Below, piece after piece: positions 1 to 10,349 of a stretch of DNA of 40,944 nt. The stretch lies in the NCBI GenBank assembly GCA_903888655.1, contig CAISUR010000395.1, positions 1 through 40,944 of the forward strand. Reading direction: 5' to 3'. This DNA is from an uncultured Bacteroidota bacterium. Lineage in GTDB: Bacteria > Bacteroidota > Bacteroidia > Flavobacteriales > Flavobacteriaceae. The position numbers and the translations under genes were made by a program. The notes below the pieces were generated by a model. It had not been told where the DNA came from. It searched no databases and saw only the letters and a program-made list of their open reading frames with translations. Numbering within the stretch: the stretch's first letter is position 1; every line of letters starts with the position of its first letter.

Positions 1-235
1 GAAGGCGGTACATATAAATTCTGCCGAACGTTTCTAATTCATCTTTGAATTCTGGAATTAATTCGGCATGATGTTTAGGTTCAAAATATCGTAAAGCATT
101 TTTGAGAGCTAATTTTTTTTCTTCATCTGTTAATATTTCTTTTCGTTTTGGTGCATGATTAATTTCTTGTTCAAAAGGTTTTGGCTGGGGTAAAATCGCG
201 GGAATTCCCTCTAATATTTGTTCGTGAAAAGTCAT
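1..235 (-). CDS. hutU: Urocanate hydratase, N-terminal part (runs off the window start)
   Basis: Not in the ORF track. Manual translation from ATG at 235 gives MTFHEQILEGIPAILPQPKPFEQEINHAPKRKEILTDEEKKLALKNALRYFEPKHHAELIPEFKDELETFGRIYMYRL, the typical N-terminus (HAPKR...ALKNALRYF...GRIYMYR) of the long Bacteroidota-type urocanase. Confidence 0.88.
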   Translation of the reverse strand, partial: MTFHEQILEGIPAILPQPKPFEQEINHAPKRKEILTDEEKKLALKNALRYFEPKHHAELIPEFKDELETFGRIYMYRL

Positions 236-258
236 ATTTTATAAATAGATTAATATGT

Positions 259-477
<219 letters not shown>

Positions 478-564
478 CTACTAATAATTAGTATTTTAAC
501 ACAGATTTATTTTGTAAACTATCGATTCAACAATTTTTTTGTATTTTTATAAAAATTTATAGAA

Positions 565-2394
565 ATGAAGAATTTTTTTGCTCTGTCAACGTTTCTTTTA
601 TCATTTGGACCATTATTCTCTCAGATTTATGTGAGTAATAATAGTTATGTTTTCAATAAAGGCAGTTTGGTATATTCAAAAGGCAATTTAGAGTTAAATG
701 GAGTTAATAGTAATTTTTATTTAAGAAATGAAGGGCAATTTCTACAAGGAACTACTAGTTCTTCAACTAATAAAGGAATAGGAAAACTTTCTGTCTTTCA
801 AGAAGGTACGGTTAATAATTATGCATACAATTATTGGTGTTCTCCCGTTGGAAACGCATCTACAACTGCCGGCAACGAAGATTTTGGAATTACTATGTTA
901 AATGTTCCTACTACTAAAACAACAAGCGTTCCAGCTTCTATGATATCACCCAGTTGGGATGGTAATTCAGGTTCTGGTTCATTAGGAATTGCAACGCAAT
1001 GGATTTATAGATTTTTATCTTCTTTAACTTATTCGCAATGGTTTTATACTGGTTCAGCTACTACTATTTCGGCAGGACAAGGATTTACTATGAAAGGCAC
1101 TAGTGGTTCTGACCCAACAAATCCTAGTGAATCTGTTGCAAATAACCCTGGAAGTAAACAGCGTTATGATTTTAGAGGCAAACCAAATGATGGAGACATC
1201 ACTGTTAACGTAGCAAATGGAATGTTTACCTTAACCGGAAATCCTTATCCATCAGCTATAGACTTATCAGCTTTTTTGACTAATGCGACAAACGCTACTG
1301 GAGTAGCTTATTTTTGGGAACAAGACAAAACAGTTAATTCTCATTTAATTGCAAATTATAAGGGTGGTTATGGAACTTTTTCTCCTATATCAAGAGGCGG
1401 CACTGGAATTTATGTACCAGCACAATTTTATGCATACGATGGTAGTGGAAACCAATTAGGCGTGACTAGCACACCAAATAATAGTTATGCAAGATATTTT
1501 TCTCCTATTGGTCAAGGTTTTATGATTCAAGGAAATGGATTAGGGTCAACTGTTACTATGAAAAACGCTTATAGAGTATATCAAAAAGAAAATGTATCTA
1601 CTTCTGTTTTTGAAAAAAATACAAATCATACCAATACTAATAGTGCTGAATATCTCCCAGAGATTCCATCTGTTTCGGGATTTGATTATACGACTGTTAG
1701 TACTTTGGAAGTTCCTCAAATTCGTATTAATACCATGCTAAATAATGAAGCAATAAATCAAATTGTAGTTGCATTTGATAGCGACGCCACCGATTTTGTT
1801 GATCATGCTAAAGATGCTAAAAGTCCTAATGCGAATTCGCCAATGAATATGTATTTTGTGTTGGATAATAGTGAATATGTTATTTCAGTTATTCAATTTG
1901 ATGATAGTAAACGATTACCAGTTGGATTTAGAACCAATGTTGATGCTAATATCAAAATTAAAGTTGCAGACATAATAAATTTTGACCAAGCTAACTCTAT
2001 TTTTTTATATGACAAGATTACAGGCATATACCATGACATTAAAAATTTAATATACGAATTTGAAGTCCCAGCTGGAATCACAAATGATCGATATGAAATT
2101 ACTTTTAGAAATGATGCTCTTGGTTTGACTGCTCCTACGAAAGACAACCTAGTAATTTTACAAGATAATAGTAAACAGTTATTGTCAATTTTGAATCCTA
2201 ATTTAATGGATATAAAATCAATTAATTTATATGATATTTCAGGAAAGTCAGTTTTTAAAAAAACAGATTTGGGAATGAAAAGTTCATTTGAAATTCCAAC
2301 AAGTTCTTTAAGTGAGGGGGTTTATTTAGTAGAATTAGAACCTGTAGAGGAGCCGATTATAACTCAAAAAATAATTGTAAAAAGTCAAAATTAG
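565..2394 (+). CDS. Secreted T9SS type-A sorting-domain protein, function unknown
   Basis: N-terminal signal peptide, S/T/G/N-rich beta-rich body (YNYWCSPVG, LTGNPYPSAID), and a C-terminal CTD-like segment (INLYDISGKSV...LSEGVYLV...TQKIIV). Confidence 0.8.
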   Translation: MKNFFALSTFLLSFGPLFSQIYVSNNSYVFNKGSLVYSKGNLELNGVNSNFYLRNEGQFLQGTTSSSTNKGIGKLSVFQEGTVNNYAYNYWCSPVGNASTTAGNEDFGITMLNVPTTKTTSVPASMISPSWDGNSGSGSLGIATQWIYRFLSSLTYSQWFYTGSATTISAGQGFTMKGTSGSDPTNPSESVANNPGSKQRYDFRGKPNDGDITVNVANGMFTLTGNPYPSAIDLSAFLTNATNATGVAYFWEQDKTVNSHLIANYKGGYGTFSPISRGGTGIYVPAQFYAYDGSGNQLGVTSTPNNSYARYFSPIGQGFMIQGNGLGSTVTMKNAYRVYQKENVSTSVFEKNTNHTNTNSAEYLPEIPSVSGFDYTTVSTLEVPQIRINTMLNNEAINQIVVAFDSDATDFVDHAKDAKSPNANSPMNMYFVLDNSEYVISVIQFDDSKRLPVGFRTNVDANIKIKVADIINFDQANSIFLYDKITGIYHDIKNLIYEFEVPAGITNDRYEITFRNDALGLTAPTKDNLVILQDNSKQLLSILNPNLMDIKSINLYDISGKSVFKKTDLGMKSSFEIPTSSLSEGVYLVELEPVEEPIITQKIIVKSQN

Positions 2395-2395
2395 A

Positions 2396-2427
2396 TAAAA
2401 AAAGGCATTCAAGTGAATATCTTTTTT
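2396..2427 (+). terminator. Probable intrinsic terminator
   Basis: Imperfect hairpin aaaaggcattc-aagt-gaatatctttttt directly after the stop at 2394. Confidence 0.45.
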
Positions 2428-2449
2428 ATTTCATCAATTTTTATATTAG

Positions 2450-2457
2450 TAACTTTG
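2450..2457 (+). promoter_or_regulatory. Bacteroidota sigma-A -7 box (TAACTTTG)
   Basis: Matches TAnnTTTG, 13 nt upstream of the TTG start at 2471. Confidence 0.6.
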
Positions 2458-2470
2458 TAAAAAAAGAATA

Positions 2471-3373
2471 TTGGACGTTCTTACCCAAGAAATATCTTTA
2501 GAAAATTCTTCGATTAAGCTTTTCATTAGAAGAGAAGATTTAATCCACCCTTTCGTGTCAGGAAATAAATTTAGAAAGTTAAAATATAATTTAGAGCAAG
2601 CCCAAAAAGAAAAACATTGTAGTTTGCTGACTTTTGGAGGTGCGTTTTCAAATCATATTGCGGCAACAGCCTTTGCAGGAAAAAAAATTGGTTTTGAAAC
2701 TATTGGAGTCATTAGAGGTGAAGAATTAGCTGCTAAAATTCAAGAAAATCCAACACTTAAATTCGCCAAAGAATGTGGTATGAAATTTGAGTTTGTTAGC
2801 AGGGAAAAATACAAAACAAAAGATTCCAAAGAATTTATTTCGGAATTAGCACAAAAATTTGGTTCATTTTATTTAATTCCTGAAGGAGGAACCAATGATT
2901 TAGCGGTTAAAGGATGTGAAGAAATATTGACGGATAGAGATTCTGATTATGATTTCATATGCTGTTCAATAGGAACTGGTGGAACAATTGCAGGTTTGAT
3001 AAATCGTTCTTTTTCTCATCAAAAAGTTTTAGGATTTCCTTCATTAAAAGGTGATTTTTTAAAAGAAGATATTTGTAAATTTGTCACAAATACTAATTGG
3101 GATATTAATTCAAAGTATCATTTTGGTGGATATGCGAAAGTTTCTGATGAATTAATCTTTTTTATGAATAATTTTTATAGCAAGTATAAAATTCTTTTAG
3201 ATCCAATTTATACAGGAAAGTTGGTTTTTGGCGTTATAGATTTAATATCAAAAAACTATTTTCCTTTACATTCTAAAATTCTTATTATTCATACAGGAGG
3301 AGTGCAAGGTATTGCAGGTATGAATTTAAAATTGAAAAGTAAAAATTTACAAACAATACTAAACAATGATTAA
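2471..3373 (+). CDS. PLP-dependent ACC deaminase / D-cysteine desulfhydrase family protein
   Basis: REDLIHPFVSGNKFRK (PLP lysine), TFGGAFSNH, IPEGG, GTGGT, DPIYTGK and HTGG motifs. Confidence 0.88.
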   Translation: MDVLTQEISLENSSIKLFIRREDLIHPFVSGNKFRKLKYNLEQAQKEKHCSLLTFGGAFSNHIAATAFAGKKIGFETIGVIRGEELAAKIQENPTLKFAKECGMKFEFVSREKYKTKDSKEFISELAQKFGSFYLIPEGGTNDLAVKGCEEILTDRDSDYDFICCSIGTGGTIAGLINRSFSHQKVLGFPSLKGDFLKEDICKFVTNTNWDINSKYHFGGYAKVSDELIFFMNNFYSKYKILLDPIYTGKLVFGVIDLISKNYFPLHSKILIIHTGGVQGIAGMNLKLKSKNLQTILNND

Positions 3374-4343
3374 GAAATTATTATTTTATTGTGTAATTTT
3401 AATAGTTACTGCTTGTGGTTCTAATCACAATGTAGTTCGAACAACTCAAAATAAAAATACTTCAAAGACTGTTGTTAGAACCACAAAAAAACCTATTGTA
3501 AAGCCAAATTCAAAATCAGTTACTGCTGTTAATGAACATAAATTAGATTCAAATGCAAGGACTAATGGAAATAATAATTCGACATCGACTGCGGGTATTC
3601 AATCTAGTTCTAATACAATAAATTCTCCAACTGAAGTTTTAGAAGCTACAACAAGGGTTAAAGTTACGACAGAAATTGTATTGGGTTATATTGATAAATA
3701 TAAAAGTATTGCCAAAAAGGATATGTTGCAATATGGGATACCTGCAAGTATAATTTTAGGACAAGGTATCCTAGAATCTGGAGCTGGAACGGGTCCATTG
3801 AGTGTTCAAGCTAATAATCATTTTGGAATTAAATGTCATAAAGAATGGACGGGACCCAGCATTCGTTATAATGATGATGCAGAAAATGAATGTTTCAGAA
3901 AATATAAAGACCCTGATGAGTCATACAGAGATCATTCGTTATTCTTAGTTTCAAGAGCACATTATTCAAGTTTGTTTAAGCTTGATAAAACAGATTATAA
4001 ATCTTGGGCAATAGGATTAAAAAATGCAGGATACGCCACAGATCCAGCTTATCCGACAAAATTAATAGCGATAATTGAGCGGTACAATTTACAAAAATTT
4101 GATTCCGATGTTCTAGGAGATGACTATACAGCGTCTAATAATTCTACTGAAATCAACAGAAGTGATAAAATAGTGAAAAGTCAAACTTCTTCTTCCGATA
4201 GTAATCAATTACATCAAGTTTCCAAAGGAGATACTTTATATTCAATTTCTAGGAGGTATAATATTACAGTGCAAGATTTGAAGAAAAAAAATAACATTTC
4301 TAATGATACTTTGTCAGTTGGGCAGAGTTTAATAATACATTAA
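3366..4343 (+). CDS. Lipoprotein peptidoglycan hydrolase, GH73 glucosaminidase + LysM
   Basis: Lipobox VTAC. GH73 motifs IPASIILGQGILESG, NNHFGIKC and GYATDPAY. C-terminal LysM HQVSKGDTLYSISRRYNITV. Confidence 0.9.
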   Translation: MIKKLLFYCVILIVTACGSNHNVVRTTQNKNTSKTVVRTTKKPIVKPNSKSVTAVNEHKLDSNARTNGNNNSTSTAGIQSSSNTINSPTEVLEATTRVKVTTEIVLGYIDKYKSIAKKDMLQYGIPASIILGQGILESGAGTGPLSVQANNHFGIKCHKEWTGPSIRYNDDAENECFRKYKDPDESYRDHSLFLVSRAHYSSLFKLDKTDYKSWAIGLKNAGYATDPAYPTKLIAIIERYNLQKFDSDVLGDDYTASNNSTEINRSDKIVKSQTSSSDSNQLHQVSKGDTLYSISRRYNITVQDLKKKNNISNDTLSVGQSLIIH

Positions 4344-4349
4344 TTTACA

Positions 4350-5642
4350 ATGCAATATCAAAGAAGTAGTCAGCTTTTTGCTGATGCTGAAAAAGTCATT
4401 CCTGGCGGTGTAAACTCTCCTGTAAGAGCTTTTAAAGGGGTTGGAGGGACACCCATTTTTGTAAAAAGCGCAAAAGGAGCTTATCTTTATGATGAAGATG
4501 GCAACCGACTTATAGATTACATTAATTCATGGGGACCAATGATTTTGGGTCATGCGTATCAACCTGTTATTGATGCTATTACCGAAAGGGCTAAATTGGG
4601 AACATCGTTTGGAATGCCAACTGAATTAGAAACTAAGATCGCTGAATTAGCAGTGTCAATGGTGCCAAATATTGATAAAATTCGTTTTGTGAATTCTGGA
4701 ACAGAAGCTTGTATGAGTGCTATTCGTTTAGCAAGAGGGTATACAAAAAGAGATAAAATAGTCAAATTTGCAGGTTGTTATCATGGACATTCCGATTCTT
4801 TTTTGATTCAGGCTGGAAGTGGAGCTAGTACTTTTGGAATACCAAATAGTCCTGGAGTTACACAAGGAACTGCCAAAGATACCTTGTTGGCAAATTACAA
4901 TGATATTGAAAATGTTAAGACATTATTTGAAACTAATAAAAATGAAATTGCAGCAATAATTGTGGAGCCAGTTGCAGGCAATATGGGATGTATTCCCCCT
5001 GTAAAGGGTTTTTTGGAAGGATTAAGAAAGCTTTGTTCAGATAATGGTGCCTTATTGATTTTTGATGAGGTAATGACGGGATTTAGATTAGCTAAAGGCG
5101 GTGTTCAGGAATTGTTTAATATCAAAGCAGATATTGTTTGTTTTGGTAAAGTTATAGGCGGAGGATTGCCTGTTGGTGCTTTTGCTGCTAGAAACGAAAT
5201 TATGAATTATTTAGCGCCGATTGGTCCTGTATATCAAGCTGGGACTTTATCAGGAAATCCATTAGCAATGGCTGCTGGTCTGGCAATGCTTCGATCATTG
5301 AACAATACTTCAGAAATTTTTCAACGATTAGAAGATAAAACTTTGTATTTGGAACATGGTATCAGAAAGGTATTGGAGAAAAATGATATTGATTTCACAA
5401 TAAATAGAGTGGGTTCTATGATATCAGTTCATTTTGATTTAAATCCTGTTTTTGATTTTAATACTGCCAAAAATGGAGATAATGAAACGTTTAAAAAATT
5501 CTTTCACGGATTGTTAAATGAGGGGGTTTATATTGCTCCTTCAGCCTATGAAACTTGGTTTATTACCGATGCTTTAACTTATGAAGATTTAGATTTTACG
5601 ATAAACGCAATTGATAAAGTTGCCAAAACATTATATAGCTAA
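4350..5642 (+). CDS. hemL: Glutamate-1-semialdehyde 2,1-aminomutase
   Basis: [45 protein letters not shown] and [10 protein letters not shown] motifs. Confidence 0.97.
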   Translation: MQYQRSSQLFADAEKVIPGGVNSPVRAFKGVGGTPIFVKSAKGAYLYDEDGNRLIDYINSWGPMILGHAYQPVIDAITERAKLGTSFGMPTELETKIAELAVSMVPNIDKIRFVNSGTEACMSAIRLARGYTKRDKIVKFAGCYHGHSDSFLIQAGSGASTFGIPNSPGVTQGTAKDTLLANYNDIENVKTLFETNKNEIAAIIVEPVAGNMGCIPPVKGFLEGLRKLCSDNGALLIFDEVMTGFRLAKGGVQELFNIKADIVCFGKVIGGGLPVGAFAARNEIMNYLAPIGPVYQAGTLSGNPLAMAAGLAMLRSLNNTSEIFQRLEDKTLYLEHGIRKVLEKNDIDFTINRVGSMISVHFDLNPVFDFNTAKNGDNETFKKFFHGLLNEGVYIAPSAYETWFITDALTYEDLDFTINAIDKVAKTLYS

Positions 5643-5681
5643 AAAGAAATGAACTAATCTTTTTGGTTATTTTTAACTAAT

Positions 5682-5713
5682 AAAAAAATCCTGCTCATTT
5701 CGGAACAGGATTT
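5682..5713. terminator. Terminator hairpin between convergent hemL and pdhC
   Basis: Stem aaatcctg (5686-5693) / caggattt (5706-5713), with an A-run on the left that reads as a U-tail on the minus strand. Confidence 0.7.
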
Positions 5714-5734
5714 ATAATTTATATTATTATTTAA

Positions 5735-7351
5735 TTACGCTAGCATCGTTACTGGATTCTCAATAAACATTTTTAAAGTTTGCAAAAATTGCGCACCTGT
5801 AGCACCATCTATGGTTCTATGGTCACAAGCTAATGATAACATCATAGTGTTTCCAACTACAATTTGTCCATTTTTAACCACAGGTTTTTCGACGATTGCT
5901 CCTACTGAAAGGATTGCTGAATTGGGTTGGTTGATGATGGAATTGAATTCTACAATGCCGAACATTCCTAAATTAGAAACGGTAAAAGTACTTCCTTCCA
6001 TTTCGGATGGTAGTAATTTTTTAGTTTTAGCTCTTCCGGCTAAATCACGAACTCCAGCACCAATTTGAGACAAACTCATAGCATCAGTAAAACGCAATAC
6101 CGGAACTACTAATCCGTCTTCAACGGCTACAGCGACTCCAATATTCACATGGTGGTTGATTGTAATCGCATCTTCTTTCCATTGTGAGTTGATTTTCGGA
6201 TGCTTTTTCAAGGCCATAGCACAAGCTTTTATAACCATATCGTTGAACGATACTTTGGTGTCGGGAACTGTATTAATCATTGCTCTTGATTTCATGGCTT
6301 CGTCCATGCTCACTTCAATAGTTAGATTGTAGTGCGGTGCAGTAAAAAGCGATTCGGACAATCGTTTAGCAATGATTTTTCGCATTTGCGAATTTTTGAT
6401 TTCTTCGGTTACAACTTCTCCTGCAATTATGGTTGTAGGTTGTAGGTTTTGGGCTGTAGGTTGACTTTCAACTTTCAACTGTTGACTTTCGACTTTATAG
6501 TTTTCTACATCACTTTTAACGATTCTTCCGTTTTCACCAGAACCTTTCACTTGAGAAAGGTTAATGCCTTTTTCTCTTGCTATTTGTTTTGCCAATGGAG
6601 AAGCAAAAATTCTTGCATTATCTACAGTAGTGGTTGTTATTTCTTGAATTGGTTGAGCCGCTGCAACTGGAGCTGCCGTTTCAGTTTTAGCAACTGCAGG
6701 CGCATTACCACCTTTGGAATAGTTTTCTGCTATTCCAGCTATATTAGTTCCTGCTGGTCCAATAATAGCTAAAACGCTATCTACTGGCGCTGATTCACCT
6801 TCTTGAATTCCGATGTATAATAAAGTTCCGGCATTAAAGGATTCGAATTCCATAGTGGCTTTGTCGGTTTCGATTTCGGCAAGAATATCACCTTCTTTTA
6901 CCGTATCGCCAACTTTCTTTAACCAAGTTGCAACAGTTCCAGTAGTCATAGTGTCACTTAAACGTGGCATGGTGATTACTTTTACGCCTGCTGGTATGGT
7001 TGTATGTTGTTGGTTTTGGGTTGTAGGTTCAGTAACATCCTCTTTAACTTCAACTTTTTGATCTTGGGATGTGGAATTTGAAGAATTGGAGATTAATGAA
7101 CTAATATCTTCACCTTCTTTTCCGATAATTGCAAGAAGCGAATCAACTGGTGCTGATGCTCCTTCTTGAATTCCGATGTGTATCAAGACACCTGAATTGA
7201 ATGATTCGAATTCCATGGTAGCTTTATCGGTTTCGATTTCGGCTAAAATATCACCTTCTTTAATTGTATCACCTACTTTTTTAAGCCATGTTGCAACAGT
7301 TCCTTCTGTCATAGTATCGCTCAAACGAGGCATTGTTATTACTGTAGCCAT
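5735..7351 (-). CDS. pdhC: Pyruvate dehydrogenase E2, dihydrolipoamide acetyltransferase with two lipoyl domains
   Basis: Two EIETDKATME lipoyl motifs, E3-binding ASPLAKQIA...GSGENGRI, and catalytic DHRTIDGA. Confidence 0.96.
   Translation of the reverse strand: MATVITMPRLSDTMTEGTVATWLKKVGDTIKEGDILAEIETDKATMEFESFNSGVLIHIGIQEGASAPVDSLLAIIGKEGEDISSLISNSSNSTSQDQKVEVKEDVTEPTTQNQQHTTIPAGVKVITMPRLSDTMTTGTVATWLKKVGDTVKEGDILAEIETDKATMEFESFNAGTLLYIGIQEGESAPVDSVLAIIGPAGTNIAGIAENYSKGGNAPAVAKTETAAPVAAAQPIQEITTTTVDNARIFASPLAKQIAREKGINLSQVKGSGENGRIVKSDVENYKVESQQLKVESQPTAQNLQPTTIIAGEVVTEEIKNSQMRKIIAKRLSESLFTAPHYNLTIEVSMDEAMKSRAMINTVPDTKVSFNDMVIKACAMALKKHPKINSQWKEDAITINHHVNIGVAVAVEDGLVVPVLRFTDAMSLSQIGAGVRDLAGRAKTKKLLPSEMEGSTFTVSNLGMFGIVEFNSIINQPNSAILSVGAIVEKPVVKNGQIVVGNTMMLSLACDHRTIDGATGAQFLQTLKMFIENPVTMLA
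6431..6500. repeat. Degenerate 7-bp tandem repeat (10 units) inside a pdhC linker
   Basis: ggttgta ggttgta ggttttg ggctgta ggttgac tttcaac tttcaac tgttgac tttcgac tttatag. Encodes KVESQQL-KVESQPT-AQNLQPT. Confidence 0.75.
6998..7032. repeat. Degenerate 7-bp tandem repeat (5 units) in the inter-lipoyl linker of pdhC
   Basis: ggttgta tgttgtt ggttttg ggttgta ggttcag. Same unit family as 6431-6465. Confidence 0.6.
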
Positions 7352-7353
7352 AA

Positions 7354-8352
7354 TTATAGTCTATGAGAAATGAAAGGATAATTTTCTTGTTCGTATACCA
7401 CATCATACAATTGTTGTGCTTCTGGAAACGGAGATTCTTCGGCAAATTTTTCACATTCATCTACCAAGTTTTTCACTCTTTCGTCCATTGCTTCAATTTC
7501 TGCCTCTGTAGCATAATTGTTTTCCTTAATAATGTCTAAAACTTGTGTAATTGGGTCTATTTTTCTGTATTCTTCAACCTCTTCTTTAGTTCTATATAAT
7601 TGTGCATCCGACATTGAGTGACCTCTATAACGGTATGTTTTCATTTCTAAAAATGTTGGTCCGTCTCCACGACGCGCTCGGTCAATAGCTTCTTGCATCG
7701 CTTCGGCTACTTTTACAGGATTCATCCCGTCTACTGGTCCGCAGGGCATTTCATAACCTAAACCAAGTTTCCAAATATCGGTATGATTGGCAGTGCGTTC
7801 TACTGAAGTTCCCATCGCATATCCATTGTTTTCACAAATGAATACAACAGGAAGTTTCCAGTTCATGGCCATATTGAACGCTTCATGAAGTGAACCTTGA
7901 CGTGCAGCACCATCACCAAAATAAGTTAAAGTAACTCCGCCAGTTTCAAAGTATTTATCAGCAAAAGCCATTCCTGCACCTACTGGAATTTGAGCCCCCA
8001 CGATACCATGACCGCCATAAAATCCGTGTTCTTTTGAGAAAATGTGCATGGATCCGCCCATTCCTTTAGAAGTTCCCGTTACTTTTCCATAAAGTTCAGC
8101 CATTACTCTTTTAGGGTCAACTCCCATTGCAATTGGCTGAACGTGATTACGATAAGCAGTAATCATTTTATCTTTAGACAAATCCATAGCATGAATAGCT
8201 CCAGCTAGAACTGCTTCTTGACCGTTATATAAATGTAAAAATCCTCTAACTTTTTGTTGAATGTATACAGCAGCTAATTTGTCTTCAAATTTTCTCCAAA
8301 ACTGCATTTCTTCATACCATTGAAGATAGGTTTCTTTTGTAATTGGTTTCAT
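7354..8352 (-). CDS. pdhA: Pyruvate dehydrogenase E1 alpha subunit
   Basis: GFLHLYNGQEA, GGSMH, TPP motif GDGA...ENN and YRYRGHSMSD. Directly upstream of pdhC. Confidence 0.97.
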   Translation of the reverse strand: MKPITKETYLQWYEEMQFWRKFEDKLAAVYIQQKVRGFLHLYNGQEAVLAGAIHAMDLSKDKMITAYRNHVQPIAMGVDPKRVMAELYGKVTGTSKGMGGSMHIFSKEHGFYGGHGIVGAQIPVGAGMAFADKYFETGGVTLTYFGDGAARQGSLHEAFNMAMNWKLPVVFICENNGYAMGTSVERTANHTDIWKLGLGYEMPCGPVDGMNPVKVAEAMQEAIDRARRGDGPTFLEMKTYRYRGHSMSDAQLYRTKEEVEEYRKIDPITQVLDIIKENNYATEAEIEAMDERVKNLVDECEKFAEESPFPEAQQLYDVVYEQENYPFISHRL

Positions 8353-8424
8353 TTTTTTAATGAATTACTAGATTAATGTATTGTAATCGTATCACAAATT
8401 TAGAATTCTAAAATTTGCGAATTG

Positions 8425-8432
8425 CAAAAGTA
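8425..8432 (-). promoter_or_regulatory. -7 box (TACTTTTG) for pdhA-pdhC
   Basis: caaaagta on the + strand = TAnnTTTG on the minus strand, about 70 nt upstream of pdhA. Confidence 0.55.
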
Positions 8433-8524
8433 AGATATTGATAGTAGATGTAAAAATAAATAAGACTGAAAATGTTGTTTTTTAATAACTGTTTATTCTT
8501 AAATATCAACTACATCGATATAGC

Positions 8525-9007
8525 TTATAACGATGTTTTGTCAAAAGAAAGCGGTAATAAATTATTAATTGAATTTGATTTATAAACTTGACCCGATTCC
8601 CCCATAAAATAAATTTCGATAGGAGTATCTTGTTTAAATTCATATTCGGCAATCGATTGACGACAGGCACCACAGGGCGGAATTGGCGATAGTGTTGGAT
8701 TAATATCTGAGGCTGCTGTTATTGCTAATTTTACAATTTTAGCATCTGGATAAATGGCTCCTGCCTGAAAAATAGCCACGCGCTCTGCACACAAACCTGA
8801 TGGATATGCCGCATTTTCTTGGTTGGAACCTAAAACTACCTTTCCGTTGTCCAATAAAATTGCAGCTCCTACCCTGAAACGTGAATAAGGTGCATAAGCA
8901 TTTTTGCGCGTTTCGATTGCTTGATCCATCAGCAATTGGATTTCGCTTGGTAAATCATTAATTCCGTTAAAAACTGAAATGGTTGTGTTAATGTTAATTT
9001 CTTTCAT
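8525..9007 (-). CDS. cdd: Cytidine deaminase
   Basis: AYAPYSRFRVGAA, NQENAAYPSGLCAERVA and PCGACRQ zinc motifs. Start placed at ATG 9007 because the track's extension to 9040 overlaps a terminator hairpin. Confidence 0.94.
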   Translation of the reverse strand: MKEININTTISVFNGINDLPSEIQLLMDQAIETRKNAYAPYSRFRVGAAILLDNGKVVLGSNQENAAYPSGLCAERVAIFQAGAIYPDAKIVKLAITAASDINPTLSPIPPCGACRQSIAEYEFKQDTPIEIYFMGESGQVYKSNSINNLLPLSFDKTSL

Positions 9008-9020
9008 TTGTTTAAAGAGG

Positions 9021-9056
9021 AAAAAAAATCCAAACTTCAATGTTGAAATTTGGATT
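9021..9056 (-). terminator. Intrinsic terminator after porV
   Basis: Stem aatccaaa-cttcaa / ttgaa-a-tttggatt, followed on the minus strand by a T8 run. Confidence 0.7.
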
Positions 9057-9077
9057 ACTATTAATTTTTATCTTAGA

Positions 9078-10334
9078 TTATAAATCATCATATTTATCTC
9101 CAAAGTTAAATGTCAGTGAGAAACGAAGTGTATTTTCTAAAGGACTTTTAACACTAGACGCATTAAATAAATAAGACACGTCAACTTTCACTACATTGTA
9201 TTTGAATCCAGCACCAAGTGAGAAAAATTTTCTAGCACCTTTCATCGGGCTTTCATGGAAATATCCTAAACGCATTGCAAATGAGTCTTGATAAGAATAT
9301 TCAGTCCCTACAGAATAGGTAACCTCCTTAAGTTCTTCTGAAAATCCTCCTGGAGCATCCGAAAAAGATTTAAGTAGACCCGAAGTCCAGCTTATTTTTT
9401 TGTAATCCAAGTTAGCTTGGTTATAATCATTTACATCCACAACGCCGTCTCCATTAACATCAGCTCCTGTATATGTAGATCCATTATAGGATACCTGAGG
9501 TGTTGGAACCATTAATTTTGCAAACTCTACATTTGCAGAAACTTTGTTGTATTCATCTAAAATAAAATCAAAACCTCCTCCTACTCTTAAATTTGCAGGT
9601 AAAAAATTGGATGAAATATCATTTTTAGAATTATCATAACTTATTTTTGGACCCATGTTCTGTAAATTGAAACCTAAACGATACCTACCATTAAAATCAC
9701 TAAATGCAATTTCTTCAGATTGATAAAAACCCGCAACATCAAAGGCAAAATCGGTTCCTGCAGTTGCATCATTCGTGCCATCTTGAATTTTTAAATTAGA
9801 GCGTATGTATCTTCCTCCAACAGCCATTGCAAAATGGTCGCTCAATTTTAAGGAATAGGAACCATCAAATGCTAATTCGTTTGGTTTAACTACATTGGCA
9901 GGATCATCAAAGTTTTGTCTTAATTCTATTTCTCCTAAACTGAAATAACGTAAACTTGCTGCAAATGCACTTCTTCCATCATTACCAAACCTATTATAAT
10001 AATTTACTTGACTAAGAGAAATATCGTTTACTAATTGTGTTAAGTAAGGTGTGTAACTCAATGAAAACCCTTGTTTATCTAGTGCAAACGCATATTTAGC
10101 TGGGTTCCATTGTTGTGAATAGGCATCAGCGGAAGTAGCAACACCTTGATCAGCCATACCCGCCGCTCTAGCATCGGCAGCTACTAATAGAAAAGGTACG
10201 CCTGTTGTAATGACTCTTTCTTGAGCATGTACATATTGATTACTTAAAACAATCAACATTAGTATTAAAACACTTTTACATACTAAGTAAAAATTATTTA
10301 TTTGATTTTCGTGAATTTTCGATTTCATTTTCAT
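9078..10334 (-). CDS. porV: T9SS outer-membrane beta-barrel shuttle protein PorV
   Basis: ITTGVPFLLVAADARAAGMADQGVATSADAYSQQWNPAKY, a C-terminal LENTLRFSLTFNF barrel strand, and position downstream of porU. Start at 10334 or 10328 is supported by a -7 box at 10350-10357 (the track gives 10388). Confidence 0.93.
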   Translation of the reverse strand: MKMKSKIHENQINNFYLVCKSVLILMLIVLSNQYVHAQERVITTGVPFLLVAADARAAGMADQGVATSADAYSQQWNPAKYAFALDKQGFSLSYTPYLTQLVNDISLSQVNYYNRFGNDGRSAFAASLRYFSLGEIELRQNFDDPANVVKPNELAFDGSYSLKLSDHFAMAVGGRYIRSNLKIQDGTNDATAGTDFAFDVAGFYQSEEIAFSDFNGRYRLGFNLQNMGPKISYDNSKNDISSNFLPANLRVGGGFDFILDEYNKVSANVEFAKLMVPTPQVSYNGSTYTGADVNGDGVVDVNDYNQANLDYKKISWTSGLLKSFSDAPGGFSEELKEVTYSVGTEYSYQDSFAMRLGYFHESPMKGARKFFSLGAGFKYNVVKVDVSYLFNASSVKSPLENTLRFSLTFNFGDKYDDL

Positions 10335-10349
10335 TTTAAAAATATTTAA

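Noticed and set aside
6790-7351. Internal ~250-bp direct similarity in pdhC
   Set aside because: It is fully explained by the two lipoyl domains.
5735-8352. pdhA-pdhC cluster lacking pdhB and lpdA
   Set aside because: Split pdh loci are normal in Flavobacteriaceae, so this is not evidence of loss.
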